Position numbers and translations under genes: made by a program. A stretch of 64,000 bases of DNA from assembly GCF_055900595.2 (NCBI RefSeq), contig NZ_CM148325.1; one strand, written 5' to 3'. This document shows, in pieces, positions 11,843-26,531 of this stretch (position 1 is the stretch's first letter; each line of letters begins with the position of its first letter). The notes under the pieces were generated by a model that did not search any database, was not told where the DNA came from, and worked only from the letters and a program-made list of their open reading frames with translations.

Positions 11843-13183
11843 ATGAGTTCTCAATTTACGACGCCTGTTGTTACTGAAATGCAGGTCATCCCGGTGGCGG
11901 GCCATGACAGTATGCTGATGAATCTGAGTGGTGCACACGCACCGTTCTTCACGCGTAATATTGTGATTATCAAAGATAATTCTGGTCACACTGGCGTAGG
12001 GGAAATTCCCGGCGGCGAGAAAATCCGTAAAACGCTGGAAGATGCAATTCCGCTGGTGGTGGGTAAAACGCTGGGTGAATACAAAAACGTTCTGACGCTG
12101 GTGCGTAATACATTTGCCGATCGTGATGCCGGCGGGCGCGGTTTGCAGACATTTGATTTGCGGACCACTATTCATGTGGTTACCGGGATAGAAGCGGCAA
12201 TGCTGGATCTGCTGGGGCAGCATCTGGGGGTTAACGTGGCATCGCTGCTGGGCGATGGTCAACAGCGTAGCGAAGTCGAAATGCTCGGTTATCTGTTCTT
12301 CGTCGGTAATCGCAAAGCCACACCGCTGCCGTATCAAAGCCAGCCGGATGACTCATGCGACTGGTATCGCCTGCGTCACGAAGAAGCGATGACGCCGGAT
12401 GCGGTGGTGCGCCTGGCGGAAGCGGCATATGAAAAATATGGCTTCAACGATTTCAAACTGAAGGGCGGTGTACTGGCCGGAGAAGAAGAAGCCGAATCTA
12501 TTGTGGCACTGGCGCAACGCTTCCCGCAGGCGCGTATTACCCTCGATCCTAACGGTGCCTGGTCGCTGAACGAAGCGATTAAAATCGGTAAATACCTGAA
12601 AGGTTCGCTGGCTTATGCAGAAGATCCGTGTGGTGCGGAGCAAGGTTTCTCCGGGCGTGAAGTGATGGCAGAGTTCCGTCGCGCGACTGGCCTGCCGACC
12701 GCAACCAATATGATCGCCACCGACTGGCGGCAGATGGGCCATACGCTCTCGTTACAATCCGTTGATATCCCGCTGGCGGATCCGCATTTCTGGACGATGC
12801 AAGGTTCGGTACGTGTGGCGCAAATGTGCCATGAATTTGGCCTGACCTGGGGTTCACACTCTAACAACCACTTCGATATTTCCCTGGCGATGTTTACCCA
12901 TGTAGCCGCTGCTGCACCGGGTAAAATTACTGCTATTGATACGCACTGGATCTGGCAGGAAGGCAATCAGCGTCTGACCAAAGAACCGTTTGAGATCAAA
13001 GGCGGGCTGGTACAGGTGCCGCAAAAACCAGGATTGGGCATAGAAATCGATATGGATCAGGTGATGAAAGCCCACGAGCTGTATCAGAAACACGGGCTTG
13101 GCGCGCGTGACGATGCAATGGGAATGCAGTATCTGATTCCTGGCTGGACGTTCGATAACAAGCGTCCGTGCATGGTGCGTTAA
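11843..13183 (+). CDS. gudD: Glucarate dehydratase
   Basis: ORF from [32 protein letters not shown]...; enolase superfamily. Confidence 0.9.
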   Translation: MSSQFTTPVVTEMQVIPVAGHDSMLMNLSGAHAPFFTRNIVIIKDNSGHTGVGEIPGGEKIRKTLEDAIPLVVGKTLGEYKNVLTLVRNTFADRDAGGRGLQTFDLRTTIHVVTGIEAAMLDLLGQHLGVNVASLLGDGQQRSEVEMLGYLFFVGNRKATPLPYQSQPDDSCDWYRLRHEEAMTPDAVVRLAEAAYEKYGFNDFKLKGGVLAGEEEAESIVALAQRFPQARITLDPNGAWSLNEAIKIGKYLKGSLAYAEDPCGAEQGFSGREVMAEFRRATGLPTATNMIATDWRQMGHTLSLQSVDIPLADPHFWTMQGSVRVAQMCHEFGLTWGSHSNNHFDISLAMFTHVAAAAPGKITAIDTHWIWQEGNQRLTKEPFEIKGGLVQVPQKPGLGIEIDMDQVMKAHELYQKHGLGARDDAMGMQYLIPGWTFDNKRPCMVR

Positions 13184-13193
13184 GACAGAAAAC

Positions 13194-13224
13194 CAAAACC
13201 GGCTCTGTCAGGAGCCGGTTTTTA
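13194..13224. terminator. Hairpin terminator between convergent gudD and barA
   Basis: AAAACCGGCTC-tgtcagg-GAGCCGGTTTTT, with A-run and T-run on either side. Confidence 0.65.
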
Positions 13225-13240
13225 CTGGATAACATATTTA

Positions 13241-15997
13241 TTACCCAAGAATTTTGCTGGCTTCGCGCGCTACATTATCCATCTCGTCCAACAGTTCCAG
13301 CAGCTCCGGCTCCAAATCTTCTTCTTTAGTACCGCTGCGTAGCTGTTGTTCGATCAGTTGGCAGAGATTCTTCATACGCGGCACACCGCTATAGCCGCAA
13401 CTGCCATGCAGTTTATGAATCAAATCAACCAGGCCTTCCGGGTTTTCTCCAACCAGCTGTTCCTCAACTTTGTTGCGAACTTCAGGCAGGAAATCGAGTA
13501 ACATTTGCAGCATATCGCGCGCTAAATCGGTTTTTCCTGCTGCCTGGCGTAGTGCCAGTTGCCAGTCGAGGGTCGCATTCGGGTTCACCACAATTTCATT
13601 GACTTCGGGGGTCACGACGCGAGAGGAAATACCGCTGCCAGGCTTGTAGCGCAACAGCAAATTATGCAATCGTTCTTCTTCAATCGGTTTCGCCAGATAA
13701 TCGCTCATCCCTGCGCCAAGCAGCTTCTCTTTTTGCCCGGCCATTGCATGCGCCGTTACCGCGATAACCGGCGTTTGTTGCTGATGTGGGAGCTGGTGGA
13801 TGAGTTCGCAGGCCCGAATTCCGTCCATGTCCGGCATTTGAATATCCATTAAGATCAGATCGAACGGCATCTGTTTCGCCCGTTCAACGGCCTGATGCCC
13901 GCTATCGCAAAGTTCCACATGTTGCACCATATCTTCCAGCAATGCGCCGATAAGTTTCAGGTTAGCGGGGTTGTCATCAACCGCCATGACTGTCATTGCC
14001 AGCTTACTTTCATCGGTTACAGGCAAAAGCGTGTTTTGTTTGTGATGACAAAATTCCGTCAGGGCAGGGAACAGGCGTGTAGGTGTTAATGGTTTCAGCA
14101 GACACGCGCCGATACCATCTTGCTTAAGTTTTTCAGCATTGACTTGTGCATGGCAAGGAAGTGCCAGCATCAGAAAATCGGTCATCGATACCGCTTTCGC
14201 TAATCGCTCATGTTGCATTGTTAGCGGCTCGCGGAAGGTCACCGCAATGCCTAATAACATCATGTCGTAATGCGCGGGAGGCAGCGCGGAGAACGTTGGG
14301 CTATAAACCACTTCCAGCGGCGTTTCACTTAAAATATCCAGCGTGCATTGCGCTGCTGCGGAGTTTGGTTCGACATAGGCCAGGCGCTTGCCGGCGAGGC
14401 ACTGGGTGGATGGCCCTTCGATAATAATGTTCGGATTCAGATCGAGATTAATGTGGAACCAGAAAGTTGAACCGCGATTCGGCTGGCTATGGAACGAAAT
14501 ATCGCCGCCCATTTCATTAACCAGTTTCTGTGTGATCACCAGCCCCAGCCCGGTGCCACCATGACGGCGGGAAATACTGGCATCAGCCTGTCGGAAGGCC
14601 TGGAATAAGCGCGATTGATCGCGTTCCGGAATACCAATGCCGGTATCCCGAATCTGCACTTCAATCTGCACTTTGGTATTACTCAGCGCACGTTTTTCTA
14701 CCAGAATATCAATGTTGCCATTCTCGGTGAATTTAATTGCATTCCCTACCAGGTTAGTGATGATTTGCTGTAATCGCAGTGGGTCGCCAATTACATTATC
14801 GGGCACGTCGCTCTTAATATTGAGCGTCAGTTCCAGCCCTTTATCGTGAGAAGAATGTGCCAGCAGGGTAACGACTTCATCCAGCGTGCTGCGTAGTGGG
14901 AATGGAATACTTTCCAGAATCAGCTTACCTGCTTCCAGTTTCGAGAAGTCGAGAACATCATTAATAATTGCCAGCAAATTATTTGCCGAACGTTCAATCG
15001 TATTCAGGTGATCGCGCTGCGTTGGTGTTAATTCTGTTTTCAGCGTCAGGCGGGTAAAGCCAATAACGCCATTGAGCGGAGTTCGCAGCTCGTGGGACAT
15101 ATTTGCCAGAAACTCAGACTTAATCCGCGCCGCTTCCTGGGCACGTTTTTTCGCCAGATCCAACTCAACGTTCTGAATTTCCATCTGCTCCAGCGTTTCA
15201 CGTAGATCGGACGTCGCCTGGTCGATATTGTGCTGCATCTCTTCGTGATAAGCTGCCAGCGACATTGCCATCGAGTTGATGCCATTTTTCAGCATATCCA
15301 GCTCGCCGAGCATAAATCCTTCCACTCGGCTGTCGAGTTGTCCGCGACGGATACGGTCGACGGTATTCACCATGTTGCGAATTGGACCGGTTACATCACG
15401 CATGAGTCGCCAGCCAAAAATAAGCGCAATACCGATACAAAACAGCATCATCACGCTGGAAATAAAGATCTCTTTATATTGCTGCAAGCGAACCGATTTT
15501 AGATCCAGTTCAAGCGCGATATATCCCAGCATATTTTGACTATTTTTGGCATCACTACTGGGCGATTCGTCGGGGGAATAACTCTCGGAAATAATTGGTG
15601 TGCGTAAGATCATAATATCACCGTCACGTGTGACAGTGAGCTGGCGAGGAAACGGCACGTTGCTGCCGAGCTGCATTGATGAGGGATCAAGATGAAAATT
15701 GGAGGTGACAAAGAGTCGGTTATTTTCATCATAAACCGAAATCGCGCGAACAATATCGGAATGGCGACGATGCAGTACGCTTATTAACTGACCGATAGAT
15801 TCGCGATTTTGCAGGCTCATGCCATATTCAGTAGAAACTGCAAGCGGCTCAATAATGCTGGCTCCGGCATCTTCCAGTTGACGCTGCAAGTCGTTATAGC
15901 GATGCACAACGAAAAAGATACTCAGCAATAAACCAATAAGGACGGTCGGTGCCAGGATCAGAATCATCATGCGTGCGCGCAGGCTGTAGTTGGTCAT
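13241..15997 (-). CDS. barA: Hybrid sensor histidine kinase BarA
   Basis: 918-aa ORF with N-terminal TM segments, HAMP, HisKA (HELRTPLN), receiver and HPt regions. Confidence 0.93.
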   Translation of the reverse strand: MTNYSLRARMMILILAPTVLIGLLLSIFFVVHRYNDLQRQLEDAGASIIEPLAVSTEYGMSLQNRESIGQLISVLHRRHSDIVRAISVYDENNRLFVTSNFHLDPSSMQLGSNVPFPRQLTVTRDGDIMILRTPIISESYSPDESPSSDAKNSQNMLGYIALELDLKSVRLQQYKEIFISSVMMLFCIGIALIFGWRLMRDVTGPIRNMVNTVDRIRRGQLDSRVEGFMLGELDMLKNGINSMAMSLAAYHEEMQHNIDQATSDLRETLEQMEIQNVELDLAKKRAQEAARIKSEFLANMSHELRTPLNGVIGFTRLTLKTELTPTQRDHLNTIERSANNLLAIINDVLDFSKLEAGKLILESIPFPLRSTLDEVVTLLAHSSHDKGLELTLNIKSDVPDNVIGDPLRLQQIITNLVGNAIKFTENGNIDILVEKRALSNTKVQIEVQIRDTGIGIPERDQSRLFQAFRQADASISRRHGGTGLGLVITQKLVNEMGGDISFHSQPNRGSTFWFHINLDLNPNIIIEGPSTQCLAGKRLAYVEPNSAAAQCTLDILSETPLEVVYSPTFSALPPAHYDMMLLGIAVTFREPLTMQHERLAKAVSMTDFLMLALPCHAQVNAEKLKQDGIGACLLKPLTPTRLFPALTEFCHHKQNTLLPVTDESKLAMTVMAVDDNPANLKLIGALLEDMVQHVELCDSGHQAVERAKQMPFDLILMDIQMPDMDGIRACELIHQLPHQQQTPVIAVTAHAMAGQKEKLLGAGMSDYLAKPIEEERLHNLLLRYKPGSGISSRVVTPEVNEIVVNPNATLDWQLALRQAAGKTDLARDMLQMLLDFLPEVRNKVEEQLVGENPEGLVDLIHKLHGSCGYSGVPRMKNLCQLIEQQLRSGTKEEDLEPELLELLDEMDNVAREASKILG

Positions 15998-16053
15998 GGA
16001 GTTCCGTTATGGGACAATTAAGGTCACACTGTTAAATTGAGAAAGTCTCGCCA

Positions 16054-17355
16054 ATGGCGCAATTCTACTCTGCAAAACGACGCACGACGACGCGTCAGAT
16101 CATAACTGTTTCAGTCAACGACCTCGACTCTTTTGGTCAGGGCGTGGCACGACATAACGGCAAAGCGTTATTTATTCCTGGATTATTGCCACAGGAAAAC
16201 GCGGAAGTTACTGTTACTGAAGATAAAAAACAGTACGCCCGCGCTAAAGTCGTGCGCCGGTTAAGCGATAGCCCGGAACGCGAAACGCCACGCTGCCCTC
16301 ATTTTGGCGTATGCGGTGGCTGTCAGCAACAACACGCCAGCGAGGATTTACAGCAGCGAAGCAAAAGTGCGGCACTTGCCCGATTAATGAAACACGAAGT
16401 CTCTGAAGTGATCGCCGATGTTCCCTGGGGCTATCGCCGTCGCGCGCGTTTAAGTTTGAACTACTTACCGAAAACACAGCAACTTCAGATGGGGTTTCGC
16501 AAAGCGGGCTCCAGTGACATTGTCGACGTTAAACAATGCCCCATTTTAGTGCCCCAACTTGAAGCATTGCTGCCCAAAGTCAGGGCATGCCTGGGCAGCT
16601 TACAAGCTATGCGCCATCTTGGTCATGTTGAACTGGTACAGGCAACCAGCGGCAAGCTGATGATTTTGCGCCATACCGCACCGCTAAGTTCGGCAGATCG
16701 CGAAAAACTGGAACGCTTTTCGCATTCTGAAGGCCTGGATCTGTATCTCGCCCCCGATAGTGAGATACTCGAAACCGTCTCTGGTGAGATGCCCTGGTAT
16801 GACTCAAACGGGTTGCGCTTAACTTTTAGCCCGCGCGATTTTATTCAGGTCAATGCGGGTGTGAACCAAAAAATGGTAGCGCGTGCGTTGGAATGGCTGG
16901 ATGTACAACCTGAAGATCGCGTACTGGATCTGTTCTGCGGTATGGGCAACTTTACACTGCCATTGGCGACACAAGCTGCCAGTGTGGTGGGTGTAGAAGG
17001 CGTTCCGGCGCTGGTTGAAAAAGGCCAGCAGAATGCGCGTCTTAATGGCTTACACAATGTGACGTTTTATCACGAAAATCTTGAAGAAGATGTCACAAAG
17101 CAGCCGTGGGCGAAAAACGGCTTCGATAAAGTGTTGCTGGACCCGGCGCGAGCAGGTGCCGCAGGTGTTATGCAGCAAATTATAAAACTGGAACCTATTC
17201 GTATAGTTTATGTATCCTGTAATCCTGCAACGCTGGCTCGGGATAGCGAAGCGTTATTAAAAGCAGGATATACCATTGCGCGACTGGCGATGCTGGATAT
17301 GTTCCCACACACGGGACATCTGGAATCGATGGTACTTTTCTCGCGCGTTAAATAG
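16054..17355 (+). CDS. rlmD: 23S rRNA m5U1939 methyltransferase RlmD (RumA)
   Basis: 433-aa ORF with TRAM region, CxxxxxCGGC Fe-S motif and SAM-methyltransferase fold. Confidence 0.9.
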   Translation: MAQFYSAKRRTTTRQIITVSVNDLDSFGQGVARHNGKALFIPGLLPQENAEVTVTEDKKQYARAKVVRRLSDSPERETPRCPHFGVCGGCQQQHASEDLQQRSKSAALARLMKHEVSEVIADVPWGYRRRARLSLNYLPKTQQLQMGFRKAGSSDIVDVKQCPILVPQLEALLPKVRACLGSLQAMRHLGHVELVQATSGKLMILRHTAPLSSADREKLERFSHSEGLDLYLAPDSEILETVSGEMPWYDSNGLRLTFSPRDFIQVNAGVNQKMVARALEWLDVQPEDRVLDLFCGMGNFTLPLATQAASVVGVEGVPALVEKGQQNARLNGLHNVTFYHENLEEDVTKQPWAKNGFDKVLLDPARAGAAGVMQQIIKLEPIRIVYVSCNPATLARDSEALLKAGYTIARLAMLDMFPHTGHLESMVLFSRVK

Positions 17356-17402
17356 TTACGATTTGCCGATTTCGGCAGGTCTGGTCCCTAAAGGAGAGGA
17401 CG

Positions 17403-19637
17403 ATGGTTGCGGTAAGAAGTGCACATATCAATAAGGCTGGTGAATTTGATCCGGAAAAATGGATCGCAAGTCTGGGTATTACCAGCCAGAAGTCGTGTGA
17501 GTGCTTAGCCGAAACCTGGGCGTATTGTCTGCAACAGACGCAGGGGCATCCGGATGCCAGTCTGTTATTGTGGCGTGGTGTTGAGATGGTGGAGATCCTC
17601 TCGACATTAAGTATGGACATTGACACGCTGCGGGCGGCGCTGCTGTTCCCTCTGGCGGATGCCAACGTAGTTAGCGAAGATGTGCTGCGTGAGAGCGTCG
17701 GTAAGTCGGTCGTTAACCTTATTCACGGCGTGCGTGATATGGCGGCGATCCGCCAGCTGAAAGCGACGCATACCGATTCTGTTTCCTCCGAACAGGTCGA
17801 TAACGTTCGCCGGATGTTATTGGCGATGGTCGATGATTTCCGCTGCGTGGTCATCAAACTGGCAGAGCGTATTGCTCATCTGCGCGAAGTAAAAGACGCG
17901 CCGGAAGATGAACGCGTACTGGCGGCAAAAGAGTGCACCAATATCTACGCGCCGTTGGCGAACCGTCTTGGGATTGGACAACTGAAATGGGAGCTGGAAG
18001 ATTACTGCTTCCGTTATCTCCACCCGACCGAATACAAACGCATCGCAAAACTGCTGCATGAACGCCGTCTCGACCGCGAACACTATATCGAAGAGTTTGT
18101 CGGTCATCTGCGCGCTGAGATGAAAGCTGAAGGCGTTAAAGCTGAAGTGTATGGTCGTCCGAAACACATCTACAGTATCTGGCGCAAAATGCAGAAAAAG
18201 AACCTCGCCTTCGATGAGCTGTTTGATGTGCGTGCGGTACGTATTGTCGCCGAGCGTTTACAGGATTGTTATGCCGCACTGGGGATAGTGCACACTCACT
18301 ATCGCCACCTGCCGGATGAGTTTGATGATTACGTTGCTAACCCGAAACCAAACGGTTATCAGTCTATTCATACCGTGGTTCTGGGGCCGGGTGGCAAAAC
18401 CGTTGAGATCCAAATCCGCACCAAACAGATGCATGAAGATGCAGAGTTGGGTGTTGCTGCGCACTGGAAATATAAAGAGGGCGCGGCTGCTGGCGGCGCA
18501 CGTTCGGGACATGAAGACCGAATTGCCTGGCTGCGTAAACTGATTGCGTGGCAGGAAGAGATGGCTGATTCCGGCGAAATGCTCGACGAAGTACGCAGCC
18601 AGGTCTTTGACGACCGGGTGTATGTCTTTACGCCGAAAGGTGATGTCGTTGATTTGCCTGCGGGATCAACGCCGCTGGACTTCGCTTACCACATCCACAG
18701 TGATGTCGGACACCGCTGCATCGGGGCAAAAATAGGCGGGCGCATTGTGCCGTTCACCTACCAGTTGCAGATGGGCGACCAGATTGAAATTATCACCCAG
18801 AAACAGCCGAACCCCAGCCGTGACTGGTTAAACCCAAACCTCGGTTACGTCACAACCAGCCGTGGGCGTTCGAAAATTCACGCCTGGTTCCGTAAACAGG
18901 ACCGTGACAAAAACATTCTGGCAGGGCGGCAAATCCTTGACGACGAGCTGGAACATCTGGGGATCAGCCTGAAAGAAGCAGAAAAACATCTGCTGCCGCG
19001 TTACAACTTCAATGATGTCGACGAGTTGTTGGCAGCGATTGGTGGCGGGGATATCCGTCTCAATCAGATGGTGAACTTCCTGCAATCACAATTTAATAAA
19101 CCGAGTGCCGAAGAGCAGGATGCCGCCGCGCTGAAGCAACTTCAGCAAAAAAGCTATACGCCACAAAACCGCAGTAAAGATAACGGTCGGGTGGTGGTTG
19201 AAGGTGTCGGCAACCTGATGCACCACATCGCGCGCTGCTGCCAGCCGATTCCTGGAGATGAGATTGTCGGCTTCATTACCCAGGGGCGCGGTATTTCAGT
19301 ACACCGCGCCGATTGCGAACAACTGGCGGAACTGCGCTCCCATGCGCCAGAACGCATTGTTGACGCGGTATGGGGTGAGAGCTACTCCGCCGGATATTCG
19401 CTGGTGGTCCGCGTGGTGGCTAATGATCGTAGTGGGTTGTTACGTGATATCACGACCATTCTCGCCAACGAGAAAGTGAACGTGCTTGGCGTTGCCAGCC
19501 GTAGCGACACCAAACAGCAACTGGCAACCATCGACATGACTATTGAGATTTACAACCTGCAAGTGCTGGGCCGCGTGCTGGGTAAACTCAACCAGGTGCC
19601 GGATGTTATCGACGCGCGTCGGTTGCACGGGAGTTAG
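17403..19637 (+). CDS. relA: GTP pyrophosphokinase RelA ((p)ppGpp synthetase I)
   Basis: 744-aa ORF MVAVRSAHINKAGEFDPEKWIASLG... Confidence 0.95.
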   Translation: MVAVRSAHINKAGEFDPEKWIASLGITSQKSCECLAETWAYCLQQTQGHPDASLLLWRGVEMVEILSTLSMDIDTLRAALLFPLADANVVSEDVLRESVGKSVVNLIHGVRDMAAIRQLKATHTDSVSSEQVDNVRRMLLAMVDDFRCVVIKLAERIAHLREVKDAPEDERVLAAKECTNIYAPLANRLGIGQLKWELEDYCFRYLHPTEYKRIAKLLHERRLDREHYIEEFVGHLRAEMKAEGVKAEVYGRPKHIYSIWRKMQKKNLAFDELFDVRAVRIVAERLQDCYAALGIVHTHYRHLPDEFDDYVANPKPNGYQSIHTVVLGPGGKTVEIQIRTKQMHEDAELGVAAHWKYKEGAAAGGARSGHEDRIAWLRKLIAWQEEMADSGEMLDEVRSQVFDDRVYVFTPKGDVVDLPAGSTPLDFAYHIHSDVGHRCIGAKIGGRIVPFTYQLQMGDQIEIITQKQPNPSRDWLNPNLGYVTTSRGRSKIHAWFRKQDRDKNILAGRQILDDELEHLGISLKEAEKHLLPRYNFNDVDELLAAIGGGDIRLNQMVNFLQSQFNKPSAEEQDAAALKQLQQKSYTPQNRSKDNGRVVVEGVGNLMHHIARCCQPIPGDEIVGFITQGRGISVHRADCEQLAELRSHAPERIVDAVWGESYSAGYSLVVRVVANDRSGLLRDITTILANEKVNVLGVASRSDTKQQLATIDMTIEIYNLQVLGRVLGKLNQVPDVIDARRLHGS

Positions 19638-19649
19638 GCCGAAATTAGC

Positions 19650-19700
19650 TCGTATCTACAATGTAGATTGATATATACTGTATCTACATATGATAGCGGT
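19650..19700 (+). promoter_or_regulatory. mazEF promoter with alternating palindrome
   Basis: TCTACAATGTAGATTGATATATACTGTATCTACATATGA repeated half-sites immediately upstream of mazE. Confidence 0.55.
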
Positions 19701-19714
19701 TTGAGGAAAGGGTT

Positions 19715-19963
19715 ATGATCCACAGTAGCGTAAAGCGTTGGGGAAATTCACCGGCGGTGCGGATCCCGGCTACGTTAATGCAGGCGCTCAATCTGAATAT
19801 TGATGATGAAGTGAAGATTGACCTAGTGGATGGCAAATTAATTATTGAGCCAGTGCGTAAAGAGCCCGTATTTACGCTTGCTGAACTGGTCAACGACATC
19901 ACGCCGGAAAACCTCCACGAGAATATCGACTGGGGGGAGCCGAAAGATAAGGAAGTCTGGTAA
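19715..19963 (+). CDS. mazE: Antitoxin MazE
   Basis: 82-aa [30 protein letters not shown]... Confidence 0.93.
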
Positions 19964-20298
19964 TGGTAAGCCGATACGTACCCGATACGGGCGATCTGAT
20001 TTGGGTTGATTTTGACCCGACAAAAGGTAGCGAGCAAGCCGGACATCGTCCGGCTGTTGTCCTGAGTCCGTTCATGTACAACAACAAAACAGGTATGTGT
20101 CTGTGTGTTCCTTGTACAACGCAATCAAAAGGATATCCGTTCGAAGTTGTTTTATCCGGTCAGGAACGTGATGGTGTAGCGTTAGCTGATCAGGTAAAAA
20201 GTATCGCCTGGCGGGCAAGAGGAGCAACGAAGAAAGGAACGGTTGCCCCAGAGGAATTACAACTCATTAAAGCCAAAATTAACGTACTGATTGGGTAG
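19963..20298 (+). CDS. mazF: mRNA interferase toxin MazF
   Basis: 111-aa [38 protein letters not shown]...; start overlaps mazE stop. Confidence 0.93.
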   Translation: MVSRYVPDTGDLIWVDFDPTKGSEQAGHRPAVVLSPFMYNNKTGMCLCVPCTTQSKGYPFEVVLSGQERDGVALADQVKSIAWRARGATKKGTVAPEELQLIKAKINVLIG

Positions 20299-20368
20299 TG
20301 TTACTAACTCACTTCTATTCTGGTCACAGGTTTCCACCTGACAGACCCGCAATTTTCAGGACAATTCA

Positions 20369-21160
20369 ATGAATCAAATCGACCGTTTGCTCACTATTAT
20401 GCAGCGCCTGCGCGACCCGGAAAACGGCTGCCCGTGGGATAAAGAGCAGACATTTGCCACCATTGCACCTTACACCCTTGAAGAAACCTACGAAGTGCTG
20501 GACGCCATCGCCCGTGAAGATTTTGACGATCTGCGCGGTGAGCTCGGCGATCTATTGTTTCAGGTGGTGTTTTACGCGCAAATGGCTCAGGAAGAAGGGC
20601 GCTTTGATTTTAATGATATCTGCGCCGCGATTAGCGATAAGCTAGAACGTCGCCATCCACATGTTTTTGCAGGCAGTTCTGCCGAAAACAGTAATGAAGT
20701 GCTTGCCCGTTGGGAGCAAATCAAAACCGAAGAGCGCGCGCAGAAAGCGCAGCATTCGGCGCTAGACGATATTCCTCGTAGTTTACCGGCTTTAATGCGT
20801 GCGCAAAAAATCCAGAAACGTTGCGCCAACGTTGGCTTCGATTGGACGACGCTTGGTCCGGTAGTCGATAAAGTCTACGAAGAGATCGACGAGGTGATGT
20901 ACGAGGCGCGGCAGGCTGTTGTCGACCAGGCTAAACTGGAGGAGGAAATGGGTGACCTGCTGTTTGCCACGGTCAACATGGCCCGCCATTTAGGGACAAA
21001 AGCAGAGATTGCACTACAAAAAGCCAATGAAAAATTCGAGCGCCGTTTTCGCGAAGTGGAGCGTATTGTTGCCGCGCGTGGACTGGAAATGACAGGTGTT
21101 GACCTCGAAACAATGGAAGAAGTCTGGCAACAGGTAAAACGGCAGGAAATTGATCTCTAA
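20369..21160 (+). CDS. mazG: Nucleoside triphosphate pyrophosphohydrolase MazG
   Basis: 263-aa ORF MNQIDRLLTIMQRLRDPENGCPWDKEQTF... Confidence 0.92.
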   Translation: MNQIDRLLTIMQRLRDPENGCPWDKEQTFATIAPYTLEETYEVLDAIAREDFDDLRGELGDLLFQVVFYAQMAQEEGRFDFNDICAAISDKLERRHPHVFAGSSAENSNEVLARWEQIKTEERAQKAQHSALDDIPRSLPALMRAQKIQKRCANVGFDWTTLGPVVDKVYEEIDEVMYEARQAVVDQAKLEEEMGDLLFATVNMARHLGTKAEIALQKANEKFERRFREVERIVAARGLEMTGVDLETMEEVWQQVKRQEIDL

Positions 21161-21372
21161 GGGAATTACGTGGTCAAGCGCGATTTGTGTCATTTTTTAA
21201 ATGACAAGCGCTTGATTTGCGTCAAAAACATTTACCCCAAAGGGGCTATTTTCTCACTCCTGATTTCAATAGTGCGCTGGCGAAGAGGAGGGATAATGAA
21301 AGTTTGTGGCACAGGTCATGTTCGGGTATACTGCTTTCCCGTCCTGGTTATTCCATCGTCTTTTCAACCTAA

Positions 21373-23025
<1,653 letters not shown>

Positions 23026-23096
23026 GAAAAAAGTTAGAACGGCAACGCGTACCCTGGGTACGCGTTGTTTGTCTGGAGTTTCAGTTTAACTAGTGA

Positions 23097-24410
<1,314 letters not shown>

Positions 24411-24429
24411 GCCTGACTTTATCTGATTT

Positions 24430-24461
24430 AAAAATGCCAGCCTTCGGGCTGGCATTTTTTA
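24430..24461. terminator. Bidirectional intrinsic terminator between eno and the convergent TPM gene
   Basis: AAAAATGCCAGCC-ttcg-GGCTGGCATTTTTT, flanked by A-run and T-run. Confidence 0.8.
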
Positions 24462-24469
24462 TGGCTGAG

Positions 24470-25375
24470 TTACCAGCGGCCAGACGCGCCGCCACCGCCA
24501 GAAGAACCGCCACCTCCGCTAAATCCGCCGCCACTTGAGCCGCCACCGGAAGAGGATGAAGAAGAACCTTTTCTTGAAGCTCTTTCTTTACCGAGCGTCT
24601 TGTATTTGGCTCGTAGCTTTTTATTAACGATAAGCCAAAAGATAAGCAGCGCTACGATCGCAAAAGGCGTTAACATACCGCAGGCAACGATTAAATTCGT
24701 CCATGGTCCTGGCTCGGCAACATAGAGGAATACCATCCCGTAAATTGCGGCAGTGAGAGTTATCCAGGGTAGATTCGACGGATCGGTAAAAACAATAAAA
24801 TATGAAAGCACTGCCAGCAATATAAGTACAGCAAGCGAAAATGGGATAGGGGGATTGATACTGTAATAATTCCCCCTGCCTTCCGGTAATTCACCATTCA
24901 TCAGAAGTGCGCCGATATTTTCGCTTGCCAGTGTTACCCCCCCCATCAGGTCATCACTTTTGAAAGCAGGGATTAATATATCACGGATAATCTTTGCCGC
25001 TTGCAGGTCGGTAACCACCCCTTCCAGCCCATAGCCGACTTCTATACGAACAGCATGATCTTCCCAGGCAACCAGAAGTAAAATGCCATCGTTTCGCTGC
25101 TTATCTCCCAGTTTCCAGCTATCAAAAACGCGTGTTGCATATTGTTCAATGGTATCGTCTCCGGTGGATGGCACTATTAATACGGCAACCTGTGCCCGTG
25201 TTTTTTGTGTAATATCCTGCAGCTGTTGTGTCAGTGATTGTTGTTCAGACGTGCTTAAGGTACCAGTAATATCGGTCACATGTTGGCGCAGCTCCGGCAC
25301 AGCAATTTGCTGGGCAAGCACAGGAAGGCACCATAAAGTGAGTAGAAAAAGGATTATACGCATAACGATCACCAA
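24470..25375 (-). CDS. TPM-domain membrane protein (YgcG family), paralog 1
   Basis: 301-aa ORF with signal peptide, TPM-like region, two TM segments and Gly/Ser tail ending GGGASGRW. Confidence 0.8.
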   Translation of the reverse strand: MVIVMRIILFLLTLWCLPVLAQQIAVPELRQHVTDITGTLSTSEQQSLTQQLQDITQKTRAQVAVLIVPSTGDDTIEQYATRVFDSWKLGDKQRNDGILLLVAWEDHAVRIEVGYGLEGVVTDLQAAKIIRDILIPAFKSDDLMGGVTLASENIGALLMNGELPEGRGNYYSINPPIPFSLAVLILLAVLSYFIVFTDPSNLPWITLTAAIYGMVFLYVAEPGPWTNLIVACGMLTPFAIVALLIFWLIVNKKLRAKYKTLGKERASRKGSSSSSSGGGSSGGGFSGGGGSSGGGGASGRW

Positions 25376-26517
25376 CGGCCGGATGAACCGCCACCGCCAG
25401 AAGAACCGCCGCCACCGCGGAAAGAGTTTTTCGACGAAGAGCGAGAATGAGCATTACGATTCCCCATTTTCCTGTTGATTTTATGTCCTGATCCCAGTTT
25501 AAGATTGCCAGTAAATTTGGCCACAATGATCAGCAGAACGATGCCAGCAATGGTTATTGGGCCGATAAAATGATCAATTAGCCCAATAATTGTTGAGATG
25601 AACGCAATATCTTTATTACTGGCAAATACCAGGCACCATCCCACAACAATTATCAGCAGCACGACAAACAATGAATTTCGTCCTGATTCACGAACCTGCG
25701 GAGCCTTCTTTTGTTTTTTCACTTTAGCGTTTTTATTTTGGGGGGCCAGCATCATAGGAAATGCGCGGCATATATTAAAAACTACCGCGAGACGCTGCCA
25801 GTAGATTGCTGCGAAAAATAAACTAAAACAAACGACCGATACCCGTCGAATGATGACATCGTTCTGAAAGCAGAAAAACCAGACCATAGGGGTAATCATC
25901 GATATCATCCATATGCCAGGCCCTGGATGGGTGGTAAATCGCCAGAGGACAACGATGGCAACGATCATCAGCAGTGTCCAGGCAAGACATGGCAGAGAGC
26001 GTTGCGGATTAGCAAACAGATGATTGGCTAAAGCATCCAAAGGGCTAAGATTCGCTTTTATATAGGTAAACTGTGCAATGCCTTCAATTCCCTGCGTTAA
26101 CCCGGAGAAGAGATTATTTTTTTTGAATTCCGGTTGCATATGGTAATGAACAATTTGCGCAGCTTGTTCCGGTGGCAGCATCTCTTCCAGTCCATGCCCA
26201 ATCTTCATTGACGCCAGCCCTTCCGGCCAAACGACGAGAATTAAGATACCTTCGCCGTACCGCTTCTCTCCAACAGGTTTCCAGTGATATAACCCGTAGC
26301 TTTGCGAGGCTGCAAGTTTAATGTCTTTACCCCCAGTGGTCGGCGTTACCAACACGGCAACCTGAAAGTGGTTTTGCTGCTCGAGAGTCTGTAATTGTTG
26401 AGTTAAAGCAGTTTGTTCTTCTGTCGTTAATGTCCCGGTTAAGTCAGTTACTGAAGGCAATTGTTCAGCGAATGCCTGGAAACCACATAGCATCAGAAGT
26501 AAGAGAAAAATACGCAT
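25369..26517 (-). CDS. TPM-domain membrane protein, paralog 2 (extended multi-TM region)
   Basis: 382-aa ORF, signal peptide plus TPM-like N-terminus, about five hydrophobic segments, tail GGGGSSGGGGSSGRW. Confidence 0.75.
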   Translation of the reverse strand: MRIFLLLLMLCGFQAFAEQLPSVTDLTGTLTTEEQTALTQQLQTLEQQNHFQVAVLVTPTTGGKDIKLAASQSYGLYHWKPVGEKRYGEGILILVVWPEGLASMKIGHGLEEMLPPEQAAQIVHYHMQPEFKKNNLFSGLTQGIEGIAQFTYIKANLSPLDALANHLFANPQRSLPCLAWTLLMIVAIVVLWRFTTHPGPGIWMISMITPMVWFFCFQNDVIIRRVSVVCFSLFFAAIYWQRLAVVFNICRAFPMMLAPQNKNAKVKKQKKAPQVRESGRNSLFVVLLIIVVGWCLVFASNKDIAFISTIIGLIDHFIGPITIAGIVLLIIVAKFTGNLKLGSGHKINRKMGNRNAHSRSSSKNSFRGGGGSSGGGGSSGRW

Positions 26518-26531
26518 TTCAATTCCTTTTG

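Noticed and set aside
11109-12742. Several 120 to 236-aa minus-strand ORFs
   Set aside because: All antisense to gudX/gudD; no RBS context, and the sense enolase-superfamily genes are unambiguous.
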